The notes below the pieces were generated by a model. It was not told the origin of the DNA. It saw nothing but the letters and a program-made list of their open reading frames with translations, and ran no database searches. DNA of 64,000 nt from Dehalococcoidia bacterium. Lineage in GTDB: Bacteria; Chloroflexota; Dehalococcoidia; Bin125. A program made the position numbers and the translations under genes. Position 1 is the stretch's first letter; each line of letters opens with the position of its first letter. Location: positions 1,551,685-1,615,684 of the forward strand of contig CBDCDO010000002.1 of assembly GCA_965215375.1 (NCBI GenBank). The letters are read 5' to 3'. Below are positions 63,991-64,000 of this stretch, piece after piece.

Positions 63991-64000
63991 TGCGTGGACC

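Noticed and set aside
1-64000. tRNA, rRNA, integrase/transposase, phage structural genes
   Set aside because: I found no cloverleaf-like tRNA candidates, no rRNA-like conserved stretches and no recognisable recombinase or phage motifs anywhere in the window. The repeat elements are non-coding palindromes, not IS elements.

Overview
This is a high-GC (roughly 65%) bacterial chromosomal segment with no rRNA, tRNA, CRISPR array or transposase that I can recognise. The gene content suggests Actinobacteria or Chloroflexi (SAR202/Thermomicrobia-like), but I cannot assign taxonomy from sequence alone.

The first ~8 kb is a housekeeping block: two tiny paralogous ORFs, yqeY (GatB/YqeY), two decayed tandem partial copies of yqeY, a PgpH/YqfF-like 7TM-HD membrane hydrolase, and purQ-purL.

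The remaining ~55 kb is an accessory/catabolic mosaic. It carries seven SDR oxidoreductases, four of them in tandem. It has four family-III (CaiB/BaiF) CoA transferases, one of which is an 813-aa intramolecular tandem fusion, plus scoA/scoB. Other catabolic genes include two enolase-superfamily dehydratase/racemases, a D-aminoacylase and a DhaA-type haloalkane dehalogenase. There are also a paired DinB-like set, a nitroreductase, a MaoC double hot-dog dehydratase and a PaaI thioesterase. A sulfatase-FGE-sulfatase operon abuts a peptide/oligosaccharide-type ABC importer that has two TAT-lipoprotein binding proteins with poly-Q linkers and two permeases but no ATPase genes in the window. A tungsten-type aldehyde:ferredoxin oxidoreductase (AOR) and two tandem MFS exporters lie at the 3' end.

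Many small toxin-antitoxin/defence-type modules are interleaved with these genes. An orphan Panacea-domain gene has replaced most of an SDR paralog. A vapB antitoxin carries a 20-codon vapC stump. A hicB(tandem-domain)-hicA pair has a 54-aa hicA that falls below the supplied ORF track. There is an acidic antitoxin + RelE/ParE pair, a single-chain MNT-HEPN fusion, and an uncharacterised three-gene cassette (HEPN-like + unknown + putative Cys-His-Asp hydrolase).

Two genome-specific dispersed repeat families punctuate the intergenic regions. One is a REP-like palindrome, GTCATWCCCGCG-loop-CGCGGGWATGAC. The other is a composite element of C5/G5 hairpins, including a ~300-bp nested palindrome.
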